Assembly: GCA_964617715.1 (NCBI GenBank)
Contig: CAZTZN010000003.1
Location: 13,048-77,047 of the forward strand
Length of the DNA stretch: 64,000 nt
Source of the DNA: an uncultured Armatimonadia bacterium
GTDB lineage: Bacteria > Armatimonadota > Zipacnadia > Zipacnadales > UBA5352
Direction: 5' to 3'
The notes under the pieces were generated by a model. The model was not told the origin of the DNA and made no database searches. It worked only from the letters and a program-made list of their open reading frames with translations. The position numbers and the translations under genes are program-made. Shown here piece after piece: positions 40,801-50,727 of the stretch. Every line of letters begins with the position of its first letter. Position 1 is the stretch's first letter.

Positions 40801-41042
40801 CACGCGATCTGAACCGAGCGCACGGGGCCGTCGGTGGATGCGAACACTTCGGTCAGCCGGTCGAACGCGCCCTGCGGCAGGGACATCGCGCGCACAGGCT
40901 CGGGCAGGTCTTGTGCGTCGGCACATGGCATCGGCGTGTGGTCGAGCATCTCCGGACGCAGGTCGGCCGCGTGCGTGACCCTCGGTACGACGACTGCGAG
41001 CATGGCCGCTGCAACTATCAGGATCGCGCGGCGTCCCATCAT
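37833..41042 (-). CDS. large secreted hypothetical protein (about 1070 aa)
   Basis: ORF 37833-41372. Start placed at ATGATG 41042 (MMGRRAILIVAAAMLAVVVPRVTHA signal). The upstream 109 codons are R/G/A-rich and overlap the neighbouring region. Protein-like composition throughout. 24 nt upstream of the 1588-aa gene on the same strand. No family recognised. Confidence 0.65.
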   Translation of the reverse strand: MMGRRAILIVAAAMLAVVVPRVTHAADLRPEMLDHTPMPCADAQDLPEPVRAMSLPQGAFDRLTEVFASTDGPVRSVQIAWLSGDRYLWRVELAQALAGDQIVSIYIDADGDPTTGRSDANGADVMLQMGPDFQRASEWMADGTPGAARRLRSALDGAVVWLSYDHPLGSGEREEACRFWVNVPGGGINPIEAVVPGDGPQPLGDGALDVQIRTDRREGDVLSAVLEITNPGDADRWIDLRLPFALPFEGAFQWFDSFHFTPHEIGIAPIGYHGTSAVLPLTCAWDGEIGIALAFNPLDWYTELHSGIRPVAGGGHELTIGTRLAIAPGETERFEVLAFPFDGGLGWRGAFEAYWAMFPELYDRPRDIDPRFHQASAGGLYRSWNDPTDERFASDLIRRMHGHWEWGYAPAPRPGEWAVSELSVGEWTRSRGEVKKSLSAQGLPEVRAHIHQWVRTNAELADVAVAYYMHLKNIEKGLMEQYWSDSYFRSEPIEYHGYYQQVPCWFAYPWADSYGDYIRDAIPSIARDFEPAGIAFDSVFGFIPHWGPSADRSPGTTFDNGLAFVGEGIGFAQQMDVVRRQHTGGYRTAMVTNLKLPTLSADAVRTDCALLEFHPMSRPSYRERMLRLRMLSGRIGWNWWNTYNPKLYSWIPWDRLGAQQTIDAFRRLRDDVLIHSLYYGGYPNARFAVGIPKLMRALPMLIEVADLGWEPVVGAEPIGGELLMSRFGEGLGMVLGVGNQTYEPIEDAIVIDTEHVASGDDLVFMQWDGAETVTEFADGTRLNASVPPRDVRACRAVMTMPRGSALRAAVVADLHECEPSSMTIELQCAQAARVPVSLWLPTDGVLTAITVNAEPLVFAVTDYGQRPAVQADLEAGHNVISVTWQPRVALQGDRDALLNFPFVADGTPNCNVVAAGDTRDLAFRVQEYFREYHRWAVDEPRTVRLPIVTPEQSPDGRRIVIGLLDDLPAGVRGELVNASAAFGVQGDVVYATAHTREMLAQAVDALLFTLDERYEYWGRFFPTQNFFDGDPSDSPAALQQAGMAGKTLTGDDTGSLRDIMELPDLIVWP

Positions 41043-41149
41043 GGTCGTGCAGCCCCTTGGAAGAGTGCATGCCGCCGAAATGCGGCGGCACGTGAATGAC
41101 ACGGCTCTCATGGATGCTTCACCGGCGCCGGGCTGATACCTGCCCGGAT

Positions 41150-41863
41150 CTATCCATGCATCGCACCCTGGTCCACCCACCACGTGAGTGTGCCGTTTTT
41201 GGGCCGGACCAGCGCCGCGGGGCAGTCGCCGCCCTCGAGCGCGCAGCGCAGCGCGGCGTGCTTGTCCGCACCGACGACCAGAAAATGCACCGCACGTGCG
41301 GCGTTGATGACCGGGAGCGTCAGGGTCAGGCGCTGCTTCGGCTCGGCCGGCGCCTCCGACGCCAGCACCCATCGGTCGCGCTCCGCAAGCGCCGGGGAGC
41401 CCGGGAACAGTGACGCAGTGTGGCCGTCCGCGCCGAGGCCGAGCAGGATCACGTGGAAGACGGGCTCGTCGCCCAACTCGTCGCGCAGTTGATTCTCATA
41501 GACCCGCGCCGCTTCATCAGGGCTGGGTTCGTCGGTCGGCATCGGGTGGACGTTGGCCGGGGGGATGGGCACCTTGTCGAGCAGCGTTTCGCGCGCCATG
41601 CGATAGTTGCTGTCCGGCCGGTCATGAGGCACGTAGCGCTCGTCCCCCCAGTACACGTGGATGCGTTCCCACGAGAGATCGGCGTGCTGCGCGGCGATGT
41701 ACTCGTACACCCCGCGTGGTGTGCGGCCCCCGGCGAGAGCGAGGCTCGCCCGGCCGCTGAGCAGGCCGTCGCTGAGATCGCCGACGATGCTCTCGCCCGC
41801 CGCTTGATTCAGTTCGGCGAGTGTGTGGGATTGGTGCAACTGTACGGGCTTCACAGCGGACAC
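41150..41863 (-). CDS. pgl: 6-phosphogluconolactonase
   Basis: 237 aa. ...LALAGGRTP, ...VYWGDERYVP.D...SNY, ...LLGLGADGHTASLFPG. Overlaps the zwf stop. Confidence 0.9.
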   Translation of the reverse strand: MSAVKPVQLHQSHTLAELNQAAGESIVGDLSDGLLSGRASLALAGGRTPRGVYEYIAAQHADLSWERIHVYWGDERYVPHDRPDSNYRMARETLLDKVPIPPANVHPMPTDEPSPDEAARVYENQLRDELGDEPVFHVILLGLGADGHTASLFPGSPALAERDRWVLASEAPAEPKQRLTLTLPVINAARAVHFLVVGADKHAALRCALEGGDCPAALVRPKNGTLTWWVDQGAMHG

Positions 41864-43300
41864 GCCTCACCGCTGGGCGGCAGCAGGCGCTCGGCCTCGG
41901 CCGGCCCCATGGTGCCCGCCGCATACGGGTAGACCTGCCGGCGCGCCTCCAGTAGCGGCGTGTAGATGCGCCAGGAATGCTCGACTTCGTCGGCACGCAC
42001 GAACAGCGTCTGATCGCCCTGGGCCACGTCCACCAGCAGCGTCTCGTAGGCCTCGGGCAGCTCGGGGAAGGCGTCCTCGTAGCGAAAGCGCAGGCTGTGG
42101 GTCTGCAGTCGCAGAGGTTCGTGCGGCTGCTTGATCTCGAAGTACAGGTCGAACCCCTCGTCGGGTTGCAGGGTGATGACCAGTGAGTTGGCGTGCACCG
42201 TCGCCTCCGGGTGCGCCTGGAAGATGGCCAGCGCCGGGCAGCGGAAGTGAATGGTGATCTGGGTCAGCTTCTCGGGAAGGCGCTTACCGGTGCGCAGCAC
42301 AAAGGGCACACCCTGCCAGCGCCAGTTGGAGATGTACATGCGGATGGCGACGTAGGTCTCGGTGGTCGAACCCTCGGCCACGCCGTCTTCCTCGAGGTAG
42401 CCTGCGACCGGCTGCCCGGCGACCGTGCCTGCGGTGTATTGGCCCATCACGACCTGGCCGGGATCGATGGGCGCGAGCGAACGCAGCACCTTGACCTTCT
42501 CATCACGGATGGCGTCGGCGGCGAACTCAACCGGGATCTCCATCGCGGTCAGTGCCAGCAGTTGCGTCATGTGGTTCTGCACCACGTCGCGCAGGGCGCC
42601 TACACTGTCGTAGAACTCCCCCCGCCGGCCTACGCCCACGTCCTCGGCCACCAGAATCTCGACGGCGGCGACCCGATCGCGGTTCCACACCGATTCGAAG
42701 AGCATGTTGGCGAAGCGGAAGGTCAGCAGGTTCTGCACGGTCTCCTTGCCCAGGTAGTGGTCGATGCGGTATATCTGGTCCTCGTCGAAGTGCCGATGGA
42801 TGCGTGCGTTGAGGTCCTGAGCGGACGCCAGGTCGTGGCCGAAGGGCTTCTCGATGACCACGCGCGTCCACCCGCGGCTCTCATTGAGACCGGCATCGCC
42901 GAGCCGCTCGACGGTGTCGATGAACGCGCCCGGCGGGGTGGCCATGTAGAAGATGCGGTTGCCCGGCAGATCGTGCTCGCGCTCAAGCTCCTCAATGCGC
43001 TGCTTGAGGCGGCGGAAATCCTCGGGCTGCTGGTCGCCCACCGACTGGTAATGCAGGCAGTGATCGCACCAGCCACTGCCATCCGCGTCGATGGGCACTC
43101 CCGCCTCGTCCAGTGCCTCACGCGCCCACTCGCGGTAGCTCTGGTCGTCGAAGCCGGCGCGTCGGCCTGAAGCGAGCAGCACGACTCTGCCGTGCAGCGC
43201 GCCCCTCTCGGTCAGACGGCGCATGGCGGGCAGCAGCTTGCGCCGCATCAAGTCGCCGGTGCCACCGATGACCACCATCAGATGCCGTTCAAGCTCCTGC

Positions 43301-43308
<8 letters not shown>
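41851..43308 (-). CDS. zwf: glucose-6-phosphate 1-dehydrogenase
   Basis: Start at ATG 43308 (MAEQELERH...). GGTGDLMRRKLLPA NADP motif, RIDHYLGKE active-site peptide, ...YE.LL.D. about 485 aa. The ORF's 64 upstream codons are R-rich. Confidence 0.95.
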
Positions 43309-44227
<919 letters not shown>

Positions 44228-44310
44228 CGCCACCGCTCCCTGCATTACACCTTCGTCTCGGGGTCGTTCGGAGGACGGCCCTTTCCGGCGCTCGCCCGTC
44301 GCTTCCGCCA

Positions 44311-46312
44311 TCACTCCACGAGGGCCCGGGCTCGAGCGACCACGTTTTCGACCGTGAAGCCCAGTTTCTCCATGACTGTGTCGCCCGGCGCCGATGCGCC
44401 GAACCGATCGAGGCCGATGATGTCGCCGTCGGCGCCGACCCAGCGCTCCCAGCCCAGCGTCACTCCGGCCTCGATGGCCAACCTGGGCACGTCCGCCGGC
44501 AGCACGCTCCTGATGTAGTCCTTACCCTGTTGCGCGAAAACCTCCCAGCAGGGCAGAGAGACCACCCGCGCGCCGATGCCCTCAGCCTGCAGCACCGCGC
44601 GCGCCTCCAGGGCCAGCGCGACCTCCGAGCCGGTGGCGATCAGGATGACCTGAGCGTCGCTCTCAGCCTCGGCCAGCACGTAGCCGCCGCGGAGCGCGCC
44701 CGTGCGGACGGGGTAGCGCTCCGGGTCGAGCACCGGCAGCTTCTGGCGGCTGAGCGCCAGCGCCACCGGGCCCGGGCGTTCGATGGCGATCTTCCATGCC
44801 ACGGCGGTCTCGTTGGCGTCGGCGGGCCGGATGACGGTCATCCCCGGTATCGCGCGCAGGCTCATTACGTGCTCTACCGGCTGGTGCGTCGGGCCGTCCT
44901 CGCCCACGCCGATGCTGTCGTGCGTGAACACCCAGGTGCTGTTGCAGCCCATGATGGCCGACAGCCGCAGCGAGCCGCGCATGTAGTCCGAGAACACCAG
45001 GAAGGTCGCGCCGTAGGGGAGCACGCCGCCGTGCAAGGCCATGCCGTTGACGATCGCGCCCATGCCGTGCTCGCGCACACCGAAGTGCAGGTTGCGCCCG
45101 CCGGGGCTCTCCGGCCCGAAGGCGGCCTCGCCGTCGAGCAAGGTCTTGGTTGATGGCGCCAGGTCCGCCGAGCCGCCGATGAGCGTCGGCAGCACGCCCT
45201 TGATGGCGTCGAGCACCTCTCCCGACGCGTTGCGGGTCGCGATCGCCCTGTCGCCGGTGAACATCGGCAGATTCTCGTCCCACGCTTCCGGCAACTCCCC
45301 GGCGATAGCCTGCTCAAACGCCAGGGCGTGTTCGGGGAATCGCGTCCGACAGCGCTCCACGCGTTCGCGCCACCGAGCCTCAGCATCGCGGCCGCGCTCC
45401 ACCGCCTGCCCCATGTGCGCGCGCACCTCCTCGGGCACCAGGAACTGCGCCTCCGGCGGCCAGCCCAGCTTCTCCCTGGTGGCGCGTACGTTCTCTTCGC
45501 CCAGGGGCGCTCCATGGGACTCGGCATCATCCTGCAGCGGGCTGCCGTAGCCGATATGCGTGCGCACGCAGATGATCGAGGGCTTCCCGGTCTCGCTCTG
45601 CGCAGCCTCGATCGCCGCTTCAAGGGCCGCCAGGTCATTGCCGTCGGCGATCACCTGCACGTGCCATCCGTAGGCCTCAAAACGCTGCGGCACGTCCTCC
45701 GAGAACGCGAGATCGGTGCTGCCCTCGATCGAGATGTGGTTGTCGTCGTAGAGGCAGATCAGCTTGCCCAGCTTCAGATGTCCGGCCAGGGAGGCGGCCT
45801 CGGATGAGATGCCCTCCATCAGGTCCCCGTCCGAACAGATCACGTATGTGAAGTGATCGACCAGCCCGAGGTCCTCGTCGGCGCCCTCAGGGCTGTTGAA
45901 GCGCGCCCTGAGGAAGGCCTCGGCGAGCGCCATGCCCACTGCGTTTCCGAGGCCCTGGCCCAACGGTCCCGTGGTGGTCTCGACACCCGGCGTCTCGCCG
46001 TACTCGGGATGCCCCGGGGTCATGCTGCCCCACTGGCGGAACCGCTCAAGCTCTTCGAGCGGCAGGTCGTAGCCGGTGAGATGCAGCAGCGCATAGAGGA
46101 GCATTGAGCCGTGCCCGGCCGAGAGCACGAAACGATCGCGGTTGAACCACGTCGGGTTCCTGGGATTGTAGCGCATGACGCGGTCGAAGAGCACGTAGGC
46201 CATGGGCGCGGCGCCCAACGGCATGCCGGGATGTCCGGATCCGGCCTTCTGCACTGCATCAACCGCCAGGAAGCGGATGGTGTTGATGCCGAGATCGTCA
46301 ATGCCGTTCATG
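44311..46312 (-). CDS. tkt: transketolase
   Basis: Start ATG 46312 ([29 protein letters not shown]...). TPP-binding motifs, GDG..MEG, ...[16 protein letters not shown]. about 667 aa. Confidence 0.95.
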
Positions 46313-46428
46313 AATTCCCTCCGTTGTCTGCGTTGCGTCGGTCGAGGCCGGCGGGGTTGCGCCAACATCTCCGGCGCGGCCTGGGGCGAGTATAACACAG
46401 ATGGTCCCGGCCTGTCGTTTCTGCCTCG

Positions 46429-47205
46429 CTACCGCTCCACCGCCTGCACGGCCGCAGCCTGCTCACCGGCCGGGCGCCACTCGTAGAAATCCCGGGTGGT
46501 CGGCAGGGCAAGCATCACACCTGCGGTGTAGTCGATCTCGATCAGCGCCTCGTCGATTCGCGCCTGCAGGAGGTGGCCGCCTCCGTCGCAGGCCTCGGTC
46601 AGGAAGTGCAGATGGTAGCCGGGGACGTTCACGCCGCTCATGAACGTCGGGAGGCGGAAGCCCACCAGCGTCCCGCGGGTGTCGTCGAACTCGAAGACCG
46701 GCTGGTCCTTCACCACCTCGGCCAGCGGCGGGTAGGGGCGTTCCTGGCGCGGGACGCTGCGTGTCCTGACATAGTCGAAGGCGCCGGTGATGCGCAGCGC
46801 ATAGCACAGATTCGGTGTCGGCAGCATGCGCTCGATCAGGCTCTGCAGCGCCGCGAGGTCCGGCACATCTTCCACACGCTGGCTGACATCGGCCTCGAAC
46901 CAGGTGACCGCCGCGAACGGCGTCTGTATCGAGTCATCCAGTTCATGTACCATGCCCGAGGCATCGACCGTGAAAAACCGACCATCGAGGACGATCAGCT
47001 CCCCGTCAAGCGCGTTCACGGTGCCGAGCCCCAGGTCACCATGCGGGCGCAGATCACCGATCGTCATTCTCCCGTCATAGACGCCCTGCAGCAGGGCGCC
47101 GATGGTCGATGTCTGGTAGAGCACGTCACGCGAGGACGGCTGCTGCGCGCAGGCGACGCTGATGGTCAGCAGCGCCACCAGCATGGCTACCATCGCTCGT
47201 CTCAT
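46429..47205 (-). CDS. budA: alpha-acetolactate decarboxylase, with signal peptide/lipobox
   Basis: Start ATG 47205 (MRRAMVAMLVALLTISVAC-, lipobox-like). TSTIGALLQGVYDG..TIGDL..HGDLGLGT...LDGE, conserved ALDC signature region. about 258 aa. Confidence 0.85.
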   Translation of the reverse strand: MRRAMVAMLVALLTISVACAQQPSSRDVLYQTSTIGALLQGVYDGRMTIGDLRPHGDLGLGTVNALDGELIVLDGRFFTVDASGMVHELDDSIQTPFAAVTWFEADVSQRVEDVPDLAALQSLIERMLPTPNLCYALRITGAFDYVRTRSVPRQERPYPPLAEVVKDQPVFEFDDTRGTLVGFRLPTFMSGVNVPGYHLHFLTEACDGGGHLLQARIDEALIEIDYTAGVMLALPTTRDFYEWRPAGEQAAAVQAVER

Positions 47206-47397
47206 CTGATGCGGCCTCCCTTCGAACCTGAGCTTGGTCATTCGCCGCCCGGTCCCGTTGGCCTCCGGAGGGTTCGGATCCGGGCCGGTCGGGTATGCTT
47301 GCCGTGCAGGAGATGAGGCACAGACGCCGAATTCCTGTGTGGGCCGGGAGGTCGCCGGCCCGCGCCAACGTTCGTACGGCCTGCCTGAGCGGGTCGA

Positions 47398-48225
47398 ATG
47401 AGGAGGTGGAGCAGTTTGGCCAAGTGGAAGGCGATCGCGAGAGGCATCGGCTGTGTGGCCCTGGTGCTCGCACTTGCGGCCGGCGCGTTCTGGCTGGGCA
47501 CACGAGCGTCGTGGGGCCCGTCGCCGGTCTGGGCCGACACGGTGGCCCCGGTGGTCTCGGACCGAGCGGCCGAGATCGACGGCCGGCCTGTGGGCGAAGT
47601 GCTGATCGATGGCAACGTCGTAATCCGCATGCGCACCGAGTCCGGCGGATTCACCGCCTATGAGCGAGCCATCATCATCGCCGACCGTGTCCAGCGCTGG
47701 CTGGCCGGGCCATGGTCGGTCGATGATCTGATGGTGCGCGAGGGGGCTTTCGGCGATGCCGAACTGCGCGCCGCGGGGCAGCTCATAGTCACGGCCAACG
47801 CCGAGGAAGCGGCCGCGCTCAATTCAACCGCCATGGGCCTGGCCCAGGCGTGGCGCGACAACATCATGATGGCCCTCGGGGCCGGACCTGAGACACTCCC
47901 TGCGGGCAGCGGCGCGATCGGCGCCACGCCCGGCGAGGGCGCGGCGCAGTCGGGGACATGGACCCCGAGCGAACCGTACTCCGACAAGATCGTCCCGATC
48001 ATCAGCGTGCTGGAGGGCGTCAAGATCGGTGCCGCGCGTATCAACGGACCTGAGTCCAAGGTGGCGCAGGTGCAGGGCGTGGCGCAGCTTGAGACGCACT
48101 TCAGGAACTACCTGGAGATCGACGTCTACGTGCCCATCACCACGGATCGGCCGGGGCCCGGCGGGCTGGATCGCGTCCAGGAAGTCGGCGTGACCGCTCT
48201 CGGCGACCTGGCGATCGATCTGTAG
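47398..48225 (+). CDS. secreted hypothetical protein, paralog A of a tandem pair
   Basis: 275 aa. Probable real start TTG 47415 after GAGGAGGTGG. N-terminal K/R then hydrophobic signal (GIGCVALVLALAAGAFWLG). C-terminal about 80 aa align with the next gene product. Confidence 0.6.
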   Translation: MRRWSSLAKWKAIARGIGCVALVLALAAGAFWLGTRASWGPSPVWADTVAPVVSDRAAEIDGRPVGEVLIDGNVVIRMRTESGGFTAYERAIIIADRVQRWLAGPWSVDDLMVREGAFGDAELRAAGQLIVTANAEEAAALNSTAMGLAQAWRDNIMMALGAGPETLPAGSGAIGATPGEGAAQSGTWTPSEPYSDKIVPIISVLEGVKIGAARINGPESKVAQVQGVAQLETHFRNYLEIDVYVPITTDRPGPGGLDRVQEVGVTALGDLAIDL

Positions 48226-48246
48226 GCCAACGAGGAGGCAACAGCA

Positions 48247-48711
48247 ATGAGAACGAGTACGAAGATGCGCAATCTGGCCGTCCTCGTGGTCATGTGGGCC
48301 TTCGTGCTGGGCATGGCCGTCGGTCCTCAGCCCGCCCGCGGTCTCGACCTCGGTGGCGCGCTCGGCGACCTGGTCAAGATCTTCGGCATCGGCTGGGTGG
48401 TCAAGCAGTTCGCCGGGGACATCGACAACGCGATCAACGGCCTGCTCGGACAGCACGAAGCGCAGATCGCGGGTTCCACCAAGGTGGTACCCATCCTGCG
48501 CGTGGGCTCCGGCACCGCCGTGGGCGCCGCGCAGGTGATGGGCCCTGAGCAGCAGGTGCAGAAGGTCGAGGCCGTCGCTGAGATCGAACTGAATATCGGC
48601 GACCTCCGTGGGCGCGGGCTGATCCCGGTCACCACGAGGCGGGACCTGACCAGCAGCATTCGGGGCGTGGACGGCGTGGGCGTCTCGGCGAACATCAAGT
48701 TCCCGATCTGA
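48247..48711 (+). CDS. secreted hypothetical protein, paralog B of a tandem pair
   Basis: 154 aa. GAGGAGG 8 nt upstream of the ATG. Signal peptide MRNLAVLVVMWAFVLGMAVG. C-terminal region is paralogous to gene A (KVVPILRVGSGTAVGAAQVMGPEQQVQKVEAVAEIE vs KIVPIISVLEGVKIGAARINGPESKVAQVQGVAQLE). Confidence 0.6.
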   Translation: MRTSTKMRNLAVLVVMWAFVLGMAVGPQPARGLDLGGALGDLVKIFGIGWVVKQFAGDIDNAINGLLGQHEAQIAGSTKVVPILRVGSGTAVGAAQVMGPEQQVQKVEAVAEIELNIGDLRGRGLIPVTTRRDLTSSIRGVDGVGVSANIKFPI

Positions 48712-48801
48712 CCCAGTCGCGCACCATGCGACACAGCACACACGGGAGGGCCCTGGTGGCCCTCCCGTCTCCCCCTGTCGCGAAGCAGGGGAAGGCCACC
48801 G

Positions 48802-49803
48802 ATGACCAACCGCGAACGCGTGATCGCCACTCTGCGCCACGAGCAGCCCGACCGGGTTCCCTACCAGATCGGCTTCACCCAGCGCGCTCGCGCCGCCATG
48901 GCCGAGCGCTACGGCGAGGACGTCTTCGCGCTGATGGACAACTGCATCGCCGGCCTGGCTCCCAAGCCCGGGCCGCTTGCCGGCTGGATCGACGAGAACA
49001 CCTGGCAGGATGAGTTCGGCGTGCGGTGGGACCGCTCGGTAGATCGCGACATCGGCGTCGTCTGCAACTGCGTGCTGGCCGAGCGCGACCTGAGCGGGCT
49101 GCGGATGCCCGATCCGCATGATCCGCTGCGCTGGGAGGGCTTCGCGGAGGCCGTGGCGGCCTCATCCGACCGGTGCATTCAGTTCGGCATCGGGTTCTCG
49201 CTGTTCGAGCGCGCCTGGACGCTGCGCGGGATGGATGCGCTGTTCATCGACATGATCGAGGCGCCCGAGTTCGTCGATGAACTGCTCGACCGCATCTGCG
49301 ATTACAACGTCGCACTGGTCGAACACGCCGTGCAGTTCGACATCGACGTGGTGCACTTCGGCGACGACTGGGGCTCACAGCGCGGGCTGATGATGGGCCC
49401 GGCGCTGTGGGAGCGCTTTCTGATGCCCCGGCTGGCCCGGCAGTACGGCGCCGCCAGGGCCGCCGGCCAGTTCGTCTCGATCCACTCCTGCGGGCACGTG
49501 CAGGAGGTCTTCTCGCAACTGATCGAGATCGGCCTCGACTGCTTCAACCCCTTCCAGCCCGAGGTGATGGACCCGTACGAGATGAAGCGTCTTTACGGCG
49601 ACCGGCTGGCGTTCTGGGGCGGGGTGAGCACGCAACAGCTTCTACCCTACGGCACGCCCGACGAGGTGCGCGCGGAGGTCGGCCGGCTGCTGCGCAAGGT
49701 GGGGGAGGGCGGCGGCTACATCTGCGCCCCCGCGCACTCCATCCCCGGCGACGCGAAACCCGAGAACATCATGGCGATGATCGAGGTGCTGCGGGAGCAG
49801 TAG
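48802..49803 (+). CDS. uroporphyrinogen-decarboxylase (URO-D) family protein (MtaA/CmuA-like), paralog 2
   Basis: 333 aa. RERVIATLRHEQPDRVP N-terminus and URO-D-like barrel. Second copy of this family in the window. Confidence 0.85.
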   Translation: MTNRERVIATLRHEQPDRVPYQIGFTQRARAAMAERYGEDVFALMDNCIAGLAPKPGPLAGWIDENTWQDEFGVRWDRSVDRDIGVVCNCVLAERDLSGLRMPDPHDPLRWEGFAEAVAASSDRCIQFGIGFSLFERAWTLRGMDALFIDMIEAPEFVDELLDRICDYNVALVEHAVQFDIDVVHFGDDWGSQRGLMMGPALWERFLMPRLARQYGAARAAGQFVSIHSCGHVQEVFSQLIEIGLDCFNPFQPEVMDPYEMKRLYGDRLAFWGGVSTQQLLPYGTPDEVRAEVGRLLRKVGEGGGYICAPAHSIPGDAKPENIMAMIEVLREQ

Positions 49804-49860
49804 CCGCGGCGGCCGGCCCATGCAATCGGGCTCGAAGCGTGCCCCGTGCGGTTGGGGCGA

Positions 49861-50709
49861 TTACGCGTTTCGTGTTTCCACCCGATACGCCCGCGCGCAG
49901 TTGCCGCCCAGAATCCCACGCTGCGCGTCCTCGGGCAGCTTATGCATCCACGCCATCACCACGCCCATGACGCGCGCGTAGGTGCCCGCCACCAGGCATA
50001 CCGGCCAGTCCGAGCCGATCATCAGCCGCTCGTGCCCGAAGGCATCCAGCACCACGTCGAGGTAGGCGTGCAGGTCGTCGGGCGTCCAGCTCTCCCAGTC
50101 GCTCTCGGTCGCCATCCCCGAGAGCTTGCACCACACGTTCTCGTGCTCGGCCAGGCGTCGCAGGTTCGTCGCCCAGGGCTCCATCTCGCCCGCGCGGATG
50201 TCGGGCTTGGCGATGTGGTTGAGCACGAAGCGCTGACGCGGGAAGTGCCCGACCATCTCGATGGCCGTCGGCAGTTGGCGGGCGACGATGAGGATGTCGT
50301 AGACCAGGTCGTGGTGTCCGACGCGCGCGATACCGCGCAGGAACAGATCGTCGAGCATGAAGTACGGGTCGGGCTCGGATTGCACGACGTGGCGCAATCC
50401 GACCAGCTTGGTGTCATCGGCCAGGATGTCGAGCTGGTCATCGAGCGCGGGATTGCGCAGGTCGGCCCAGCCGACGACGCCGACGATCTCCGGGTACTCG
50501 TCGGCCAGCTCGAGCAGCCATTGCGTCTCTTCGACGGTCTGGCGCGCCTGCACGGCGATCAATCCCTCGAACCCCAGCGGGCCGGCCACCTCCCGCCAGT
50601 GCGGTGGCAGGAAGTCGCGCCTGAGGTCGGCCATCGCCTCACCGATCCACGGATACTCGGCTTCATCGTAGCGCCAGAAGTGCACGTGCGCGTCCAGCCG
50701 CATCGACAC
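49861..50709 (-). CDS. amidohydrolase-2 family metal-dependent hydrolase
   Basis: 282 aa. N-terminal LDAHVHFW (HxH), ...GSDWP near the C-terminus. Typical amidohydrolase_2. Confidence 0.85.
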   Translation of the reverse strand: MSMRLDAHVHFWRYDEAEYPWIGEAMADLRRDFLPPHWREVAGPLGFEGLIAVQARQTVEETQWLLELADEYPEIVGVVGWADLRNPALDDQLDILADDTKLVGLRHVVQSEPDPYFMLDDLFLRGIARVGHHDLVYDILIVARQLPTAIEMVGHFPRQRFVLNHIAKPDIRAGEMEPWATNLRRLAEHENVWCKLSGMATESDWESWTPDDLHAYLDVVLDAFGHERLMIGSDWPVCLVAGTYARVMGVVMAWMHKLPEDAQRGILGGNCARAYRVETRNA

Positions 50710-50727
50710 CGCCTCCGATCGATCGGT

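Noticed and set aside
47262-47290. tRNA-like T-arm resemblance (GGTTCGGATCC) in the budA upstream region
   Set aside because: No flanking stems giving a cloverleaf (no acceptor, D or anticodon arms) could be built on either strand. Judged to be chance similarity.
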